From NCBI GenBank assembly GCA_902510995.1, contig CABXDL010000003.1, positions 22 through 64,021 on the forward strand: 64,000 bases of DNA, in the 5' to 3' direction. The DNA comes from an uncultured Candidatus Actinomarina sp. GTDB taxonomy: Bacteria; Actinomycetota; Acidimicrobiia; Actinomarinales; Actinomarinaceae. The position numbers and the translations under genes were made by a program. Positions 53,315-63,105 of this stretch are shown here, one piece after another. The first letter of the stretch is position 1. Every line of letters starts with the position of its first letter. The notes under the pieces are model-generated. The model saw nothing but the letters and a program-made list of their open reading frames with translations. It was not told the origin of the DNA and did not search any database.

Positions 53315-56263
53315 ATGGTGCGGGGCATTTTTAAGAAAATTATTATACTAATTGGTTTTATTTCATTATTTTTAGTTGTTAATGAATCACCATCTTATTC
53401 ATATACTTTACCTATTCCAAATTCTTCCTTTAGCTGTGCTGATAATGCAGTCGCTCCTCTAACTACCACAAAAGATATACAAACATGGCTAAGTTGTAAT
53501 GGATTTAACCCTGGACCTATAGATGGTGCACCGGGAGCAAGAACAACTGCAGCTGTAAAGAGCTTTCAATCTACAAATGGACTTTCTGCTGATGGAGTAG
53601 TTGGTCCTGCTACCAGGCGTGCTATGAGAGCATACTCCAGTGTAACCTTTACTTTTACAGGAAGTGGCTGGGGACACGGTGTTGGCCTAAGCCAATACGG
53701 GGCTAAAGGTTTAACTGAATTAGGAGCATATTTTTGTTCTAATACTGCTTCATGTACTTCAAATGAGGTAGTTGATTATTACTTTACAAATACTGAAGTT
53801 AAACAATTAAGCAATCTCTCATTATCTTCAACAGATATTTCAAGTTCAAATAATGTACTGTGGGTTGGCTTAGCAAGAAATGCAAAAAATATAACTTTAA
53901 CAACATTGCCATCCTCAAGTCCTCCAACATTGATGATTTGTCAAGATGGGCTTAACCAAACAGCTGGCGTCCAATCTTTTTTAACTTCAAGAGGTTATGA
54001 GCCAGGGCCAATTGATGGAGCATTTGGCGATAAAACAGCAAATGCTATAAGAAACTACCAATCATCAATAGGAATAAATCAATCAGGTGCAATCGACGAT
54101 GAGACTGTTAACAGAATGAAAAGTGATGCAAGTGCAGATGGACCATGTGAATCTCCATTCGGTCCATTGAAGATTTCGGGTGGTGCAACAATAAATATTA
54201 TCAATAGTGGAAATAATTGTAGGATAAATGGTCACCCCCTTACTCCTGCAACAGCAGGAGGTTGTAATGTAACAATTAAATGGTCTGATGGAGGCCGAGT
54301 AAGAATAGGCCCAAGAGAACATAAACATGGTGAGATAAAGTTAAGATCGAAAAACGTCTCTTCTGGATTTCATGTAATTCTTGCTGCAAATATTGAAAAA
54401 TATCTTTACGGTTTAGCAGAAATGCCATCAAATTGGAACGTACAAGCATTAGAGTCACAAGCTCTTGTTGGAAGAAGCTATGCTGTTTATGCATACTTAC
54501 AACAAAATCGACCTGCAAATAAAACTAACTTAGATGCTGGATTAGACACAAGCAGGCAAGCATACTGCTGGTGTCATATTGGATCTACTGCTTCAAGTCA
54601 ATATTATTATGGATACCTAAAGGAAATTTCAGGACCAAATTGGGTTCAAGCAGTTAATAACACTTCAGGAAAAGTTATAACTTATAATAATAATGTTATT
54701 CAAGCTTTCTATTCATCCTCAACTGGTGGAAAAACTAATAATAACTCAGTAGGTTTTGGCTCTCCAACGATCTGGCCATATCTTCAAACAGTAGACGACC
54801 CTTGGTCTGTTGATAATAGAGTTGGTAACCCAGCAGCTGCATGGTCCTATGACTTCACTACTTATCAACTAACTAGAAACATTTTATGTGGAGATATACC
54901 TTGTTTTGATTCAATAACTGATATATATATTTCAAGTTCTGCTGAATCTGGAGCAGCAGTTGAAGTAACAATGAAAGGATATTCCGGTGGTTCTTTAAAA
55001 ACAGTTAAAAAATCTGGACGGAATATTAAATCTCAACTTGGTTTTAAGTCACATTATTTTAAAACATCAAGTACTTCAGATATTTCTACCTTAAATGTTG
55101 GCCCTATAACAGTCTCAACTTCTTCAACTACAACAAGCAGTGGAGAAGTTACAACCTCTAGTGGTGAAACTGCTCAATATGCTACATCTACTCAAGGATT
55201 AAGTTACTTGAGTAAAGCGGGTCTCCTTAATAAATGCTCAGAAACTTCAACAGCATGCCAGGCAAAAATACTGACAAGAGAAGAGGTAGCAGCGGTTGCT
55301 GCTATCGTTGGAGGCCTTCCACTTGATTCACCTAACATATATAGTGATGATGACCAAAGTATCTATGAAAGGGCAATTAATGCAGTGCCTTATAATGGAA
55401 TGCAGGTTTGTTTTAGTAGCCCTTTTCAATATTCACCAAAAGAATCGGTTCTTAGGGAACAATTTGCATGCATGCTTCATCGTGCGATTCTTAAAGGAAC
55501 AACTAATAACCTAGAAGGACTTTCAGATCCATATTCAGATGATGGAGGAAGTGCACACCAAACTGCAATTCACACGTTAACTGGAAGTGACCTTATACCT
55601 CCATGTAGTTCTCTATCTGATAAATTTTGTCCAAGTAGAAAAATTTCAATAGGAGAAGTTTCTTTCATAATTAATAAAATGGTTGATAGTAATCTAATTA
55701 GCTCAACTCTTTTTGATACATCTCCTTTTCAAGCAGGATGGAGCCCAGGTAGCGGTGAGGTAGAGGATGCAGCTTCTACAGCAGTTTCTAATCCAAACTC
55801 TGGTAACGATGACTGTGTTGGAGCTGATAATACAAACGTAAAGCTGGATACCACTTTAGATATTCAAAGATTTTTATCAGATAATGGATTTAATCCAGGG
55901 CCAATAGATGGAAAGAGTGGCTCAAAAACTAAAGCTGCAATTAAAGCATTCCAGACTAAAAACGGTCTTTTATCAGATGGAATAGTTGGAAATAGAACTA
56001 AATCAGCAATGAGAGCCTACACAGGTTGCTCTATTGAAAATACTTGTAAGGCAAGAAATAACACGAGTGCAAAATTAGATTCTGTTGAAGACATTCAGAC
56101 TTATCTATCTAACAATGGATTTAATCCCGGAATAATTGATGGAAAAATTGGTTCATATACCAGAGAAGCAATTAAAGCATTCCAAAGGAAAGTTGGTTTA
56201 ATACCCGACGGAGAAGTTGGTAATAGAACAAAAGCTGAGATGCGTTCTTATACTGGTTGCTAA
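53315..56263 (+). CDS. Exported SpoIID/LytB-domain protein with four peptidoglycan-binding (PG_binding_1-like) modules and an SLH-like segment
   Basis: 982 aa. The SpoIID signature is GSGWGHGVGLSQYGAKG ... YSSSTGGKT. The PG-binding modules have the pattern IQxxLxxNGFNPGPIDGxxGxxTxxAIKAFQ at the N-terminus, mid-protein, and in two tandem C-terminal copies. Confidence 0.85.
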   Translation: MVRGIFKKIIILIGFISLFLVVNESPSYSYTLPIPNSSFSCADNAVAPLTTTKDIQTWLSCNGFNPGPIDGAPGARTTAAVKSFQSTNGLSADGVVGPATRRAMRAYSSVTFTFTGSGWGHGVGLSQYGAKGLTELGAYFCSNTASCTSNEVVDYYFTNTEVKQLSNLSLSSTDISSSNNVLWVGLARNAKNITLTTLPSSSPPTLMICQDGLNQTAGVQSFLTSRGYEPGPIDGAFGDKTANAIRNYQSSIGINQSGAIDDETVNRMKSDASADGPCESPFGPLKISGGATINIINSGNNCRINGHPLTPATAGGCNVTIKWSDGGRVRIGPREHKHGEIKLRSKNVSSGFHVILAANIEKYLYGLAEMPSNWNVQALESQALVGRSYAVYAYLQQNRPANKTNLDAGLDTSRQAYCWCHIGSTASSQYYYGYLKEISGPNWVQAVNNTSGKVITYNNNVIQAFYSSSTGGKTNNNSVGFGSPTIWPYLQTVDDPWSVDNRVGNPAAAWSYDFTTYQLTRNILCGDIPCFDSITDIYISSSAESGAAVEVTMKGYSGGSLKTVKKSGRNIKSQLGFKSHYFKTSSTSDISTLNVGPITVSTSSTTTSSGEVTTSSGETAQYATSTQGLSYLSKAGLLNKCSETSTACQAKILTREEVAAVAAIVGGLPLDSPNIYSDDDQSIYERAINAVPYNGMQVCFSSPFQYSPKESVLREQFACMLHRAILKGTTNNLEGLSDPYSDDGGSAHQTAIHTLTGSDLIPPCSSLSDKFCPSRKISIGEVSFIINKMVDSNLISSTLFDTSPFQAGWSPGSGEVEDAASTAVSNPNSGNDDCVGADNTNVKLDTTLDIQRFLSDNGFNPGPIDGKSGSKTKAAIKAFQTKNGLLSDGIVGNRTKSAMRAYTGCSIENTCKARNNTSAKLDSVEDIQTYLSNNGFNPGIIDGKIGSYTREAIKAFQRKVGLIPDGEVGNRTKAEMRSYTGC

Positions 56264-58182
56264 TTTAGATACTTAATAATTTCTTTAGTAATTGAAGGTA
56301 TATCAAACCCAAAGTTTTTTTCAAGATCTTCAATAGGCGCTGACTCACCGAAAGTATCAATAGAAAAAGTCTTTGTAAGCCTCCCTAAATAACTCTCCCA
56401 ACCAATTGATCTACCAAGTTCAATTGGAAAAACGTGTTTATTCTTTAATAGTTCATTAATTTCTTCATTTTTCATATTTGAAAGTTTATTTAAGATAGGA
56501 ACACTTACGATTCTTATCGAATATTCAAGAAGAGCTGCTTTAATCTTAAAAGCTATTTCCAATTCGGATCCTGAAGCTATGATGGTAAAATCGTCTCCAT
56601 CAGAAACAACATATCCTCCTTTAATAAATTCATCATATTTAACATCAATTTCTAAATAATCTAAATCTTGCCTTGTTAATGAAAGTACTTTTGGATTTTT
56701 AGAATAAGAAAATGCATACCTATAAGAATGCTCCATCTCAATACTATTAGAAGGTCTAATAACATCTACATTAGGGATAAGCCTTAAAGACATTAATTGC
56801 TCTATAGGCTGATGGGTTGGACCGTCTTCACCTAAATAAATAGAATCATGAGTGAAAATAAATACAGAATTAACATTCATTAAAGATGCAAGACGAATAC
56901 TTGGTCGCATATAGTCGGAAAAAACTAAGAAAGTTGAGGCATAACCAATTAAATTACTATGTAAAGTAATACCATTTGTAATTGCTCCCATAGCGTGCTC
57001 TCTAATTCCAAATTCTAGATTTCTACCTTGATAATTATCAGATGAGAAATAATCTTCACCAATAATTTGTTTTGTTGAGGCAGCTAAATCTGCTGAGCCT
57101 CCAATTATTGAATTTGTACTTTCTGAAAACTGCTCTAATATTTTTGAACCTAAAATTCTTGATGCATGTTTCTCTCCACTGTTGCTTTTTAACCTACCCA
57201 AATCATTTGAAATTAATAAATCCCAGTTCTCTTTAAAATTTTCATCTTCATCATATTTTTTATTAAAATTTTCTTCCCATTTATTAAGTTCTTCATTATC
57301 TCTATCTCTCTTTTCATTAAAGTATTCGTAAATATCCTCACTATGAAGAAAAGGATCTACATTCCAATCTAAATTTTCAAGAAATTTATTCATTTCTTCG
57401 TTACCTAATGGAGAGCCATGAACTCCACTTGTATTTTCTTTATTAGGTGCAAATTTTCCAATAGTTGTTTTAGCAATAATTAAACTTGGTTTATCTTCTA
57501 TTTTTTTTGCTTTTTTTACTGAATTAATTATTTCTTTCTCGTTATGTCCATCAATCTCTAACACATGCCAGCCTAATGATTCAAATTTATTTTTTTGATT
57601 TGTTACAGAAACCTTATCAACAGCGCCATCGATTGAAATATTATTATTATCAAAAAAGTAAATTATCTTTCCTAACTTCCAAACAGCAGCAAGCTCTGCG
57701 GCTTCAAATGAAACTCCTTCCATTAAGTCCCCATCAGATACTATTCCGAATGTATAGTGATCAATAATATCTTTACCTAGCAAGGATGATAAATACCTTT
57801 CTGCAACAGCAAAACCAACACCTGTTGCAAACCCCTGCCCTAATGGACCAGTTGTTGTGTCAATGCCCATAGAATTGTCAACTTCTGGATGTCCAGGAGT
57901 TTTTGAATTTATTTGACGAAAATTTTTAATATCATCAATACTCAAATCAAAACCATTTAAATGGAGAAGGCTATATAAGAGCATGGAGCCATGGCCCGCA
58001 CTTAAAACAAATCTATCTCTATTAATCCAATCTGGTTTTTCATTTGAAACTTTTAAGAAATTTTTATATATAGCAACACCCACATCTGCCATCCCAAGTG
58101 GCATTCCAGGATGCCCTGAATTAGCTTTTTCAACAGCTGCTGCTGATAAAACTCTTATGGATTTTGTTACTTTATCGAACAT
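56260..58182 (-). CDS. tkt: Transketolase
   Basis: 640 aa. SGHPGMPLGMADV, the GDG TPP motif region and GEDGPTHQPIEQL are present. Confidence 0.95.
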   Translation of the reverse strand: MFDKVTKSIRVLSAAAVEKANSGHPGMPLGMADVGVAIYKNFLKVSNEKPDWINRDRFVLSAGHGSMLLYSLLHLNGFDLSIDDIKNFRQINSKTPGHPEVDNSMGIDTTTGPLGQGFATGVGFAVAERYLSSLLGKDIIDHYTFGIVSDGDLMEGVSFEAAELAAVWKLGKIIYFFDNNNISIDGAVDKVSVTNQKNKFESLGWHVLEIDGHNEKEIINSVKKAKKIEDKPSLIIAKTTIGKFAPNKENTSGVHGSPLGNEEMNKFLENLDWNVDPFLHSEDIYEYFNEKRDRDNEELNKWEENFNKKYDEDENFKENWDLLISNDLGRLKSNSGEKHASRILGSKILEQFSESTNSIIGGSADLAASTKQIIGEDYFSSDNYQGRNLEFGIREHAMGAITNGITLHSNLIGYASTFLVFSDYMRPSIRLASLMNVNSVFIFTHDSIYLGEDGPTHQPIEQLMSLRLIPNVDVIRPSNSIEMEHSYRYAFSYSKNPKVLSLTRQDLDYLEIDVKYDEFIKGGYVVSDGDDFTIIASGSELEIAFKIKAALLEYSIRIVSVPILNKLSNMKNEEINELLKNKHVFPIELGRSIGWESYLGRLTKTFSIDTFGESAPIEDLEKNFGFDIPSITKEIIKYLN

Positions 58183-58200
58183 TTATATCAGTATAGTTAT

Positions 58201-59829
58201 TTAAACAGAGGCAAAAGAATCTTTTGCATGATATGAGGACCTAACTAAAGGACCGGATTCAATATGTGGAATACCAAATTTTTCACCAATTAATTTATAT
58301 TCAGTGAATTCATCCTGAGTTACGTATCTGTGAATAGGCCTATGTTTAGATGTAGGTCTTAAATATTGACCTATTGTGACAATATCAATATCTATTTGAG
58401 ACAAATCTTTCAAAACTGCTATAACTTCATCAAACTCTTCTCCCATACCAACAATTAGTCCTGTTTTAGTTTTTCCTGAGAAATTAACTTCTTTAGCATA
58501 TTGAAGAAGAGAAAGTGACCTTCCGTAGGAGGCAGCTGTCCTTATTTCTCTCTGAAGTCGAGGAACAGTTTCTAAATTATGATTTAGTACTTCTGGTGCT
58601 TCATTAATTATGTTATCAATTGCTGTTCTATCTCCTTTAAAATCTGGAATTAAAACTTCTACAGAGGTATTAGGATTCATTAATTTTATTTCCTCAATAG
58701 TTTTTGCAAAAAATCCGGATCCTCCATCCTCAAGGTCGTCTCTATTAACAGAAGTAACTACAGCATGAGTTAGATTCATAGTTTTAACACTTTCTGCAAC
58801 TCTTAAAGGTTCTAATTGATCTAATTCACCAGGCTTTCCTGTATTCACATCACAAAAACCACAAGCCCTTGTGCAGGTATCACCCATAATCATGAATGTT
58901 GCAGTACCCATTGACCAACACTCATATATATTCGGACATGAAGCTTCCTCACAAACAGTATTTAATTTTTTTTCAGTGATTAAATTTTTTAGTTCAATAT
59001 ATTCAGAACCAAGATTAGCTTTAACCTTCATCCATTCCGGTCTTTTAGGCTCTCCAGGTAATAACCCTTTTATCGTGACTGGTATTACATTTTTATTTTT
59101 ATTAAAAACTCCCCTATCAACCATTTCATCTATTTCATATTTTTTAACTTTCTTAAGTTGAGTTGGTGTAAATTGAGAAAGCTGACTGTTAACAATCTCA
59201 TAACTAAAATTTTTTGAGAATTCTTTTGATATCTCGTCAACAATTTCTTTAAACGAAACTCCTTTATTAAAGGAGTGAACCGATGCAATTTTTTCATCTG
59301 AATTTCCACAAGGATTAATTAAATCAAACCCTTCTAAATCTTCAAAAATATTAAGTGAAAAACCATGATACGTTGTCCATTTACTAACTTTTATACCAAT
59401 TGATGCTATTTTCCCTTTATTTGTCCAAACGCCTGTATCTTGTTCTTTTGAATAAGAATCAATATTAAAGCTGGCTAAAACATTTATTAAAGATTTTTCA
59501 ATAGTCCTAACGAATGGGATGACTTTTTTAGGATCCGATAACCTAATTATTGGATAACCAATTAATTGACCTTTGCCGTGAAAAGTTATGTCACCACCTC
59601 TGTCAGTTTCAAAATACTCTATTCCAAGTTTTTCTAAAATATCTTTATTCGTTTTAAGGTTTTCTTTATCTCCTGACCTTCCAAGGGTTATAACATTGTT
59701 ATGTTCAAGTAAAAGTAAATAATCTTCCTCATTGTTCTCTTTAGAAACTGAATTATGAAGACCTTTTTGAAGTGTTAAAGCCTCTGAATATGGAAGGTTT
59801 CCAAGCCATCTAATGTTTAGAGCTCTCAA
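58201..59829 (-). CDS. Fused octanoyltransferase (LipB, N-terminal) and lipoyl synthase (LipA, C-terminal)
   Basis: A single 542-aa ORF. LipB motifs are RGGDITFHGKGQLIGYP, KIASIGIKV and NPCG. LipA motifs are CEEASCPNIYECW and the radical-SAM CTRACGFCDV. Confidence 0.88.
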   Translation of the reverse strand: MRALNIRWLGNLPYSEALTLQKGLHNSVSKENNEEDYLLLLEHNNVITLGRSGDKENLKTNKDILEKLGIEYFETDRGGDITFHGKGQLIGYPIIRLSDPKKVIPFVRTIEKSLINVLASFNIDSYSKEQDTGVWTNKGKIASIGIKVSKWTTYHGFSLNIFEDLEGFDLINPCGNSDEKIASVHSFNKGVSFKEIVDEISKEFSKNFSYEIVNSQLSQFTPTQLKKVKKYEIDEMVDRGVFNKNKNVIPVTIKGLLPGEPKRPEWMKVKANLGSEYIELKNLITEKKLNTVCEEASCPNIYECWSMGTATFMIMGDTCTRACGFCDVNTGKPGELDQLEPLRVAESVKTMNLTHAVVTSVNRDDLEDGGSGFFAKTIEEIKLMNPNTSVEVLIPDFKGDRTAIDNIINEAPEVLNHNLETVPRLQREIRTAASYGRSLSLLQYAKEVNFSGKTKTGLIVGMGEEFDEVIAVLKDLSQIDIDIVTIGQYLRPTSKHRPIHRYVTQDEFTEYKLIGEKFGIPHIESGPLVRSSYHAKDSFASV

Positions 59830-61094
59830 CTTAATTCATCTAACCAATCATGGCTTTCAAGCCTATCTTTTATCGAGTTTAAAAACAATAAAGCAGTTGA
59901 TCCATCAAAAACTCGGTGGTCCCAAGTTAAACTTAATATTCCTGAATGTCTTATTTCTATTGAGTCAGGATTATCTTCGGATTCAACTACTACAGGCTTC
60001 TTTTTTACTGACTCTGTTGAGAGAATAGCAACATTAGGTTGGTTAATAATTGGAGAGGTTAAGAAAGAATTAAACGATCCATTATTCGAAATTGTAAATG
60101 TGCTGCCTGAAACATCTTCGAGGGAGAAGTTTTTTTCCCTTAATTTCTTAGAAAGCGATGATATTTCTTTTGCTAAAGCTTTAACATTATACGAGTCTGA
60201 GTTTCGAATTGTTCCAACAAGTAGGCCTTCTTGATTTATATCAACAGCTATCCCTAAATCAATATTTGAATGTAATACATGTTGATCTTCTTCTAAATTA
60301 AATGAACTATTTACCACAGGGTGTTTCTTTAAAGCTTCTACAGTAGCATTGGCTATGAAAGGAAGATAGGTTAGTGAAAATCCTTCTTCTTTCTTAAAAG
60401 CTTCTTTTATTTTGTTCCTTATTCTTGCTATTGTCTCATAATCAATTTCAATTGTCGTCATCACATGGGCAGAGGTTTTTTTAGATTCAACCATATTTTC
60501 AGCAATTTTTTTTCTTAGCCTTGGTATAGATTCGCCATTAGTTATATTTTCAGTTTTAACTTGTTCTGTTAATGGTTCTTCTATTTTATCTACTTCTTTT
60601 GTCTGACCAGAATCTAAATAAGTCTGCACATCTTCTCTAGTAATTCTTCCATTTTTTCCTGTCCCATTTAATGAATCAGGGCTGATGTTGTTTTCACTTA
60701 ATAATTTTCTAACAACTGGAGATAGTTTTTTACCTGACTCACTTTTGATATTTACATCTAGAACTTCTTGAATTGTTTCTTTTTCTACTACTTCTTCAGT
60801 CTTTTCTTCTTTTTGGGGTTCATAGTTTTCTTTATCATCTTCAACTGAACTTCCAGAGTCTCCATCAAGTTCAAGTAAATTAGCACCAACAGCTACAGTC
60901 TCTCCTTCTTTAACAAGTAAACCTGTTACTGTTCCACTGAATGGAGAAGGAACTTCTGTATCCACTTTATCTGTTGAAATTTCCAAAATAGGATCATCTT
61001 CATTCACCACATCTCCTTCTTTTACTAGCCAAGTTAACACCGTGCCTTCTGTAACTGTCTCTCCAAGTTGTGGCATTGTAATGATTTTGCTCAT
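59826..61094 (-). CDS. Dihydrolipoamide acyltransferase (E2) of a 2-oxoacid dehydrogenase complex
   Basis: 422 aa. It has a lipoyl domain (EISTDKVDTEVPSP), an E3-binding segment (SPVVRKLLSENNI) and the catalytic WDHRVFDG. Confidence 0.92.
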   Translation of the reverse strand: MSKIITMPQLGETVTEGTVLTWLVKEGDVVNEDDPILEISTDKVDTEVPSPFSGTVTGLLVKEGETVAVGANLLELDGDSGSSVEDDKENYEPQKEEKTEEVVEKETIQEVLDVNIKSESGKKLSPVVRKLLSENNISPDSLNGTGKNGRITREDVQTYLDSGQTKEVDKIEEPLTEQVKTENITNGESIPRLRKKIAENMVESKKTSAHVMTTIEIDYETIARIRNKIKEAFKKEEGFSLTYLPFIANATVEALKKHPVVNSSFNLEEDQHVLHSNIDLGIAVDINQEGLLVGTIRNSDSYNVKALAKEISSLSKKLREKNFSLEDVSGSTFTISNNGSFNSFLTSPIINQPNVAILSTESVKKKPVVVESEDNPDSIEIRHSGILSLTWDHRVFDGSTALLFLNSIKDRLESHDWLDELS

Positions 61095-61098
61095 TATT

Positions 61099-63105
61099 TT
61101 ATTGTAATTCTTTAATAGCTTTTATTAAATTCTCTGCGTTTGGAATAAATGCATCTTCTAATACTGGTGCAAAAGGTATATGAGTATTTGGAGACGTAAC
61201 TTTTAATATTGGATTGTCTAAATTCCAAAAACCTTTTTCTGCTACTACTGAAGAAATCTCAGAAGCTATTGAAGAGAAAGGAACATCTTCCTGTAAAATT
61301 ACCAAGTTTGAAGTTTTTTCAATAGAATTCAAAATAATTTCCTCATCTAATGGAAAAATTGTTCTTAGATCAATTACTTCAACTGAAATATTTTCATTTT
61401 TTAATTTCTCAGCTGCCTCTAAAGCTGTCGAAACCATTCCTGACCAAGCAACTACTGTAACATTTTCACCTGTTTTAACAACTTTACCCTTTCCTATTTC
61501 TACCTCATATAAACCTAATGGAACCTCCATTTTTAAATCTGGTTTCCTATATAGCTTTTTATGTTCTAAATACATAACTGGATTTGGATCAAAAATTGAA
61601 GCTACTAATAAGCCTTTAGCATCATAAGGATTCGAAGGAGCGACAACCTTAATACCTGGATGATGTGCTAACAATGATTCTGGGCTAATTGAATGGAAGG
61701 GACCAGAGCGTGTTCCAGCTCCAGTTGGACCTCTAACAACCATAGGAACAGGTTTCCCTGCTTTCCAATAATATTTAGCTGCTTCAGTTGTGATTTGATC
61801 TAAAGCTGGATAAACAAAATCATAAAATTGTAATTCAATAATTGGTTTTTTCCCAGCTAAAGCTGCACCAACTCCAGCTCCCATGAATCCAGCTTCTGAT
61901 ATAGGTGTATCTAAAACCCTTGATGGTCCATATTTTTCAGAAAGTCCTTTAGTGGCTTTGAAAGCTCCTTCAAAAACTCCGATATCTTCACCCATCAAAA
62001 AAATATCTTCGTCTTTATCCATGACCTCATATAATCCATTAGTAATAGCTTCAATAAAATTCATTGTCTCAGTATTTGATTCGTCATTTTGAAAAACTGG
62101 AGTAGTTCGACTAGCAAACATATCATCAATTTCTTCTTGAGGATCTGGATCGTCTTGTTCTTTTGCCCAGTCAATAGTATTTTTAATTTCTTTTTCTAAC
62201 TCTTCTGTTAAATTTTCGAAATCAGTTTTTGTAAATAGTGATTCTTCAATTAGTGCTTCCTCAAATCTCAATATTGGATCTCTTTTTAACCAAAATTCTC
62301 TTACCTCATCTTCAACATATTCAGCAGGATCATGGCCTGCATGGCCGTAGTGTCTGAAAGTCACTAATTCAACAAGAGTTGGACCTCCTTTACTCCTTGC
62401 TTTTTCACAAGCATCATACATTGTGTCGATTACTTGATAAATATCATTACCATCTATGAGTTTAGATTCTATTCCATAACCTAATCCTCTATCAGCAACA
62501 TTAGGTGTTCCAAATTCAACTTCATTTGGAGAAGAATAAGCAAATTGATTATTTTGGACGGTAAAAACAACAGGCAAATTATGAACTCCTGCCATATTAA
62601 TGCTTTCATGCCATGTTCCAGTAGCTGTTGCTCCTTCTCCACAATTGGCTACTGTTACTACACCACTATCAGATTGTTGTGAAGCTAAAGCCCAGCCAAC
62701 TGCTACTGGTGCAGAATCAGGTAAGGGAGAAACAACCATTAAAGTTCCCTTATCTACAACCCCAAAATGACTATTTCCGTCTCTACCTTTAGAAGGGCCA
62801 TGTTTCTTTCCTAAAAAATTTAATGCAATTTCATTTAAAGAAACACCCCTTTTAATTTGAACCCCTAAATCTCTGTGTGTTCCACCAAATATATCATTCT
62901 TCCCCATTCCAGCTCCAATACCAGCCATTGATGCTTCTTGGCCTATTCCTGGATAAACTGCTCCTGAAAGTTGTCCTCCTTTATAAAGCTTTAATAGCCT
63001 TTCCTCTAGTAGACGCTGCGTTTTCATTGACTTGTATATATCCCATAGCTCTTCTTTATTTAAACTTTTTGAATGCCCTTTCCTTTTAATTGCTTCAAGT
63101 CCCAT
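61099..63105 (-). CDS. 2-oxoacid dehydrogenase E1 component, fused alpha and beta subunits
   Basis: 668 aa. The alpha part carries the TPP motif CGEGATATG...NN. The beta part starts near METMNFIEAITNGL and continues with FLMGEDIG and the transketolase-C-like end. Confidence 0.9.
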   Translation of the reverse strand: MGLEAIKRKGHSKSLNKEELWDIYKSMKTQRLLEERLLKLYKGGQLSGAVYPGIGQEASMAGIGAGMGKNDIFGGTHRDLGVQIKRGVSLNEIALNFLGKKHGPSKGRDGNSHFGVVDKGTLMVVSPLPDSAPVAVGWALASQQSDSGVVTVANCGEGATATGTWHESINMAGVHNLPVVFTVQNNQFAYSSPNEVEFGTPNVADRGLGYGIESKLIDGNDIYQVIDTMYDACEKARSKGGPTLVELVTFRHYGHAGHDPAEYVEDEVREFWLKRDPILRFEEALIEESLFTKTDFENLTEELEKEIKNTIDWAKEQDDPDPQEEIDDMFASRTTPVFQNDESNTETMNFIEAITNGLYEVMDKDEDIFLMGEDIGVFEGAFKATKGLSEKYGPSRVLDTPISEAGFMGAGVGAALAGKKPIIELQFYDFVYPALDQITTEAAKYYWKAGKPVPMVVRGPTGAGTRSGPFHSISPESLLAHHPGIKVVAPSNPYDAKGLLVASIFDPNPVMYLEHKKLYRKPDLKMEVPLGLYEVEIGKGKVVKTGENVTVVAWSGMVSTALEAAEKLKNENISVEVIDLRTIFPLDEEIILNSIEKTSNLVILQEDVPFSSIASEISSVVAEKGFWNLDNPILKVTSPNTHIPFAPVLEDAFIPNAENLIKAIKELQ

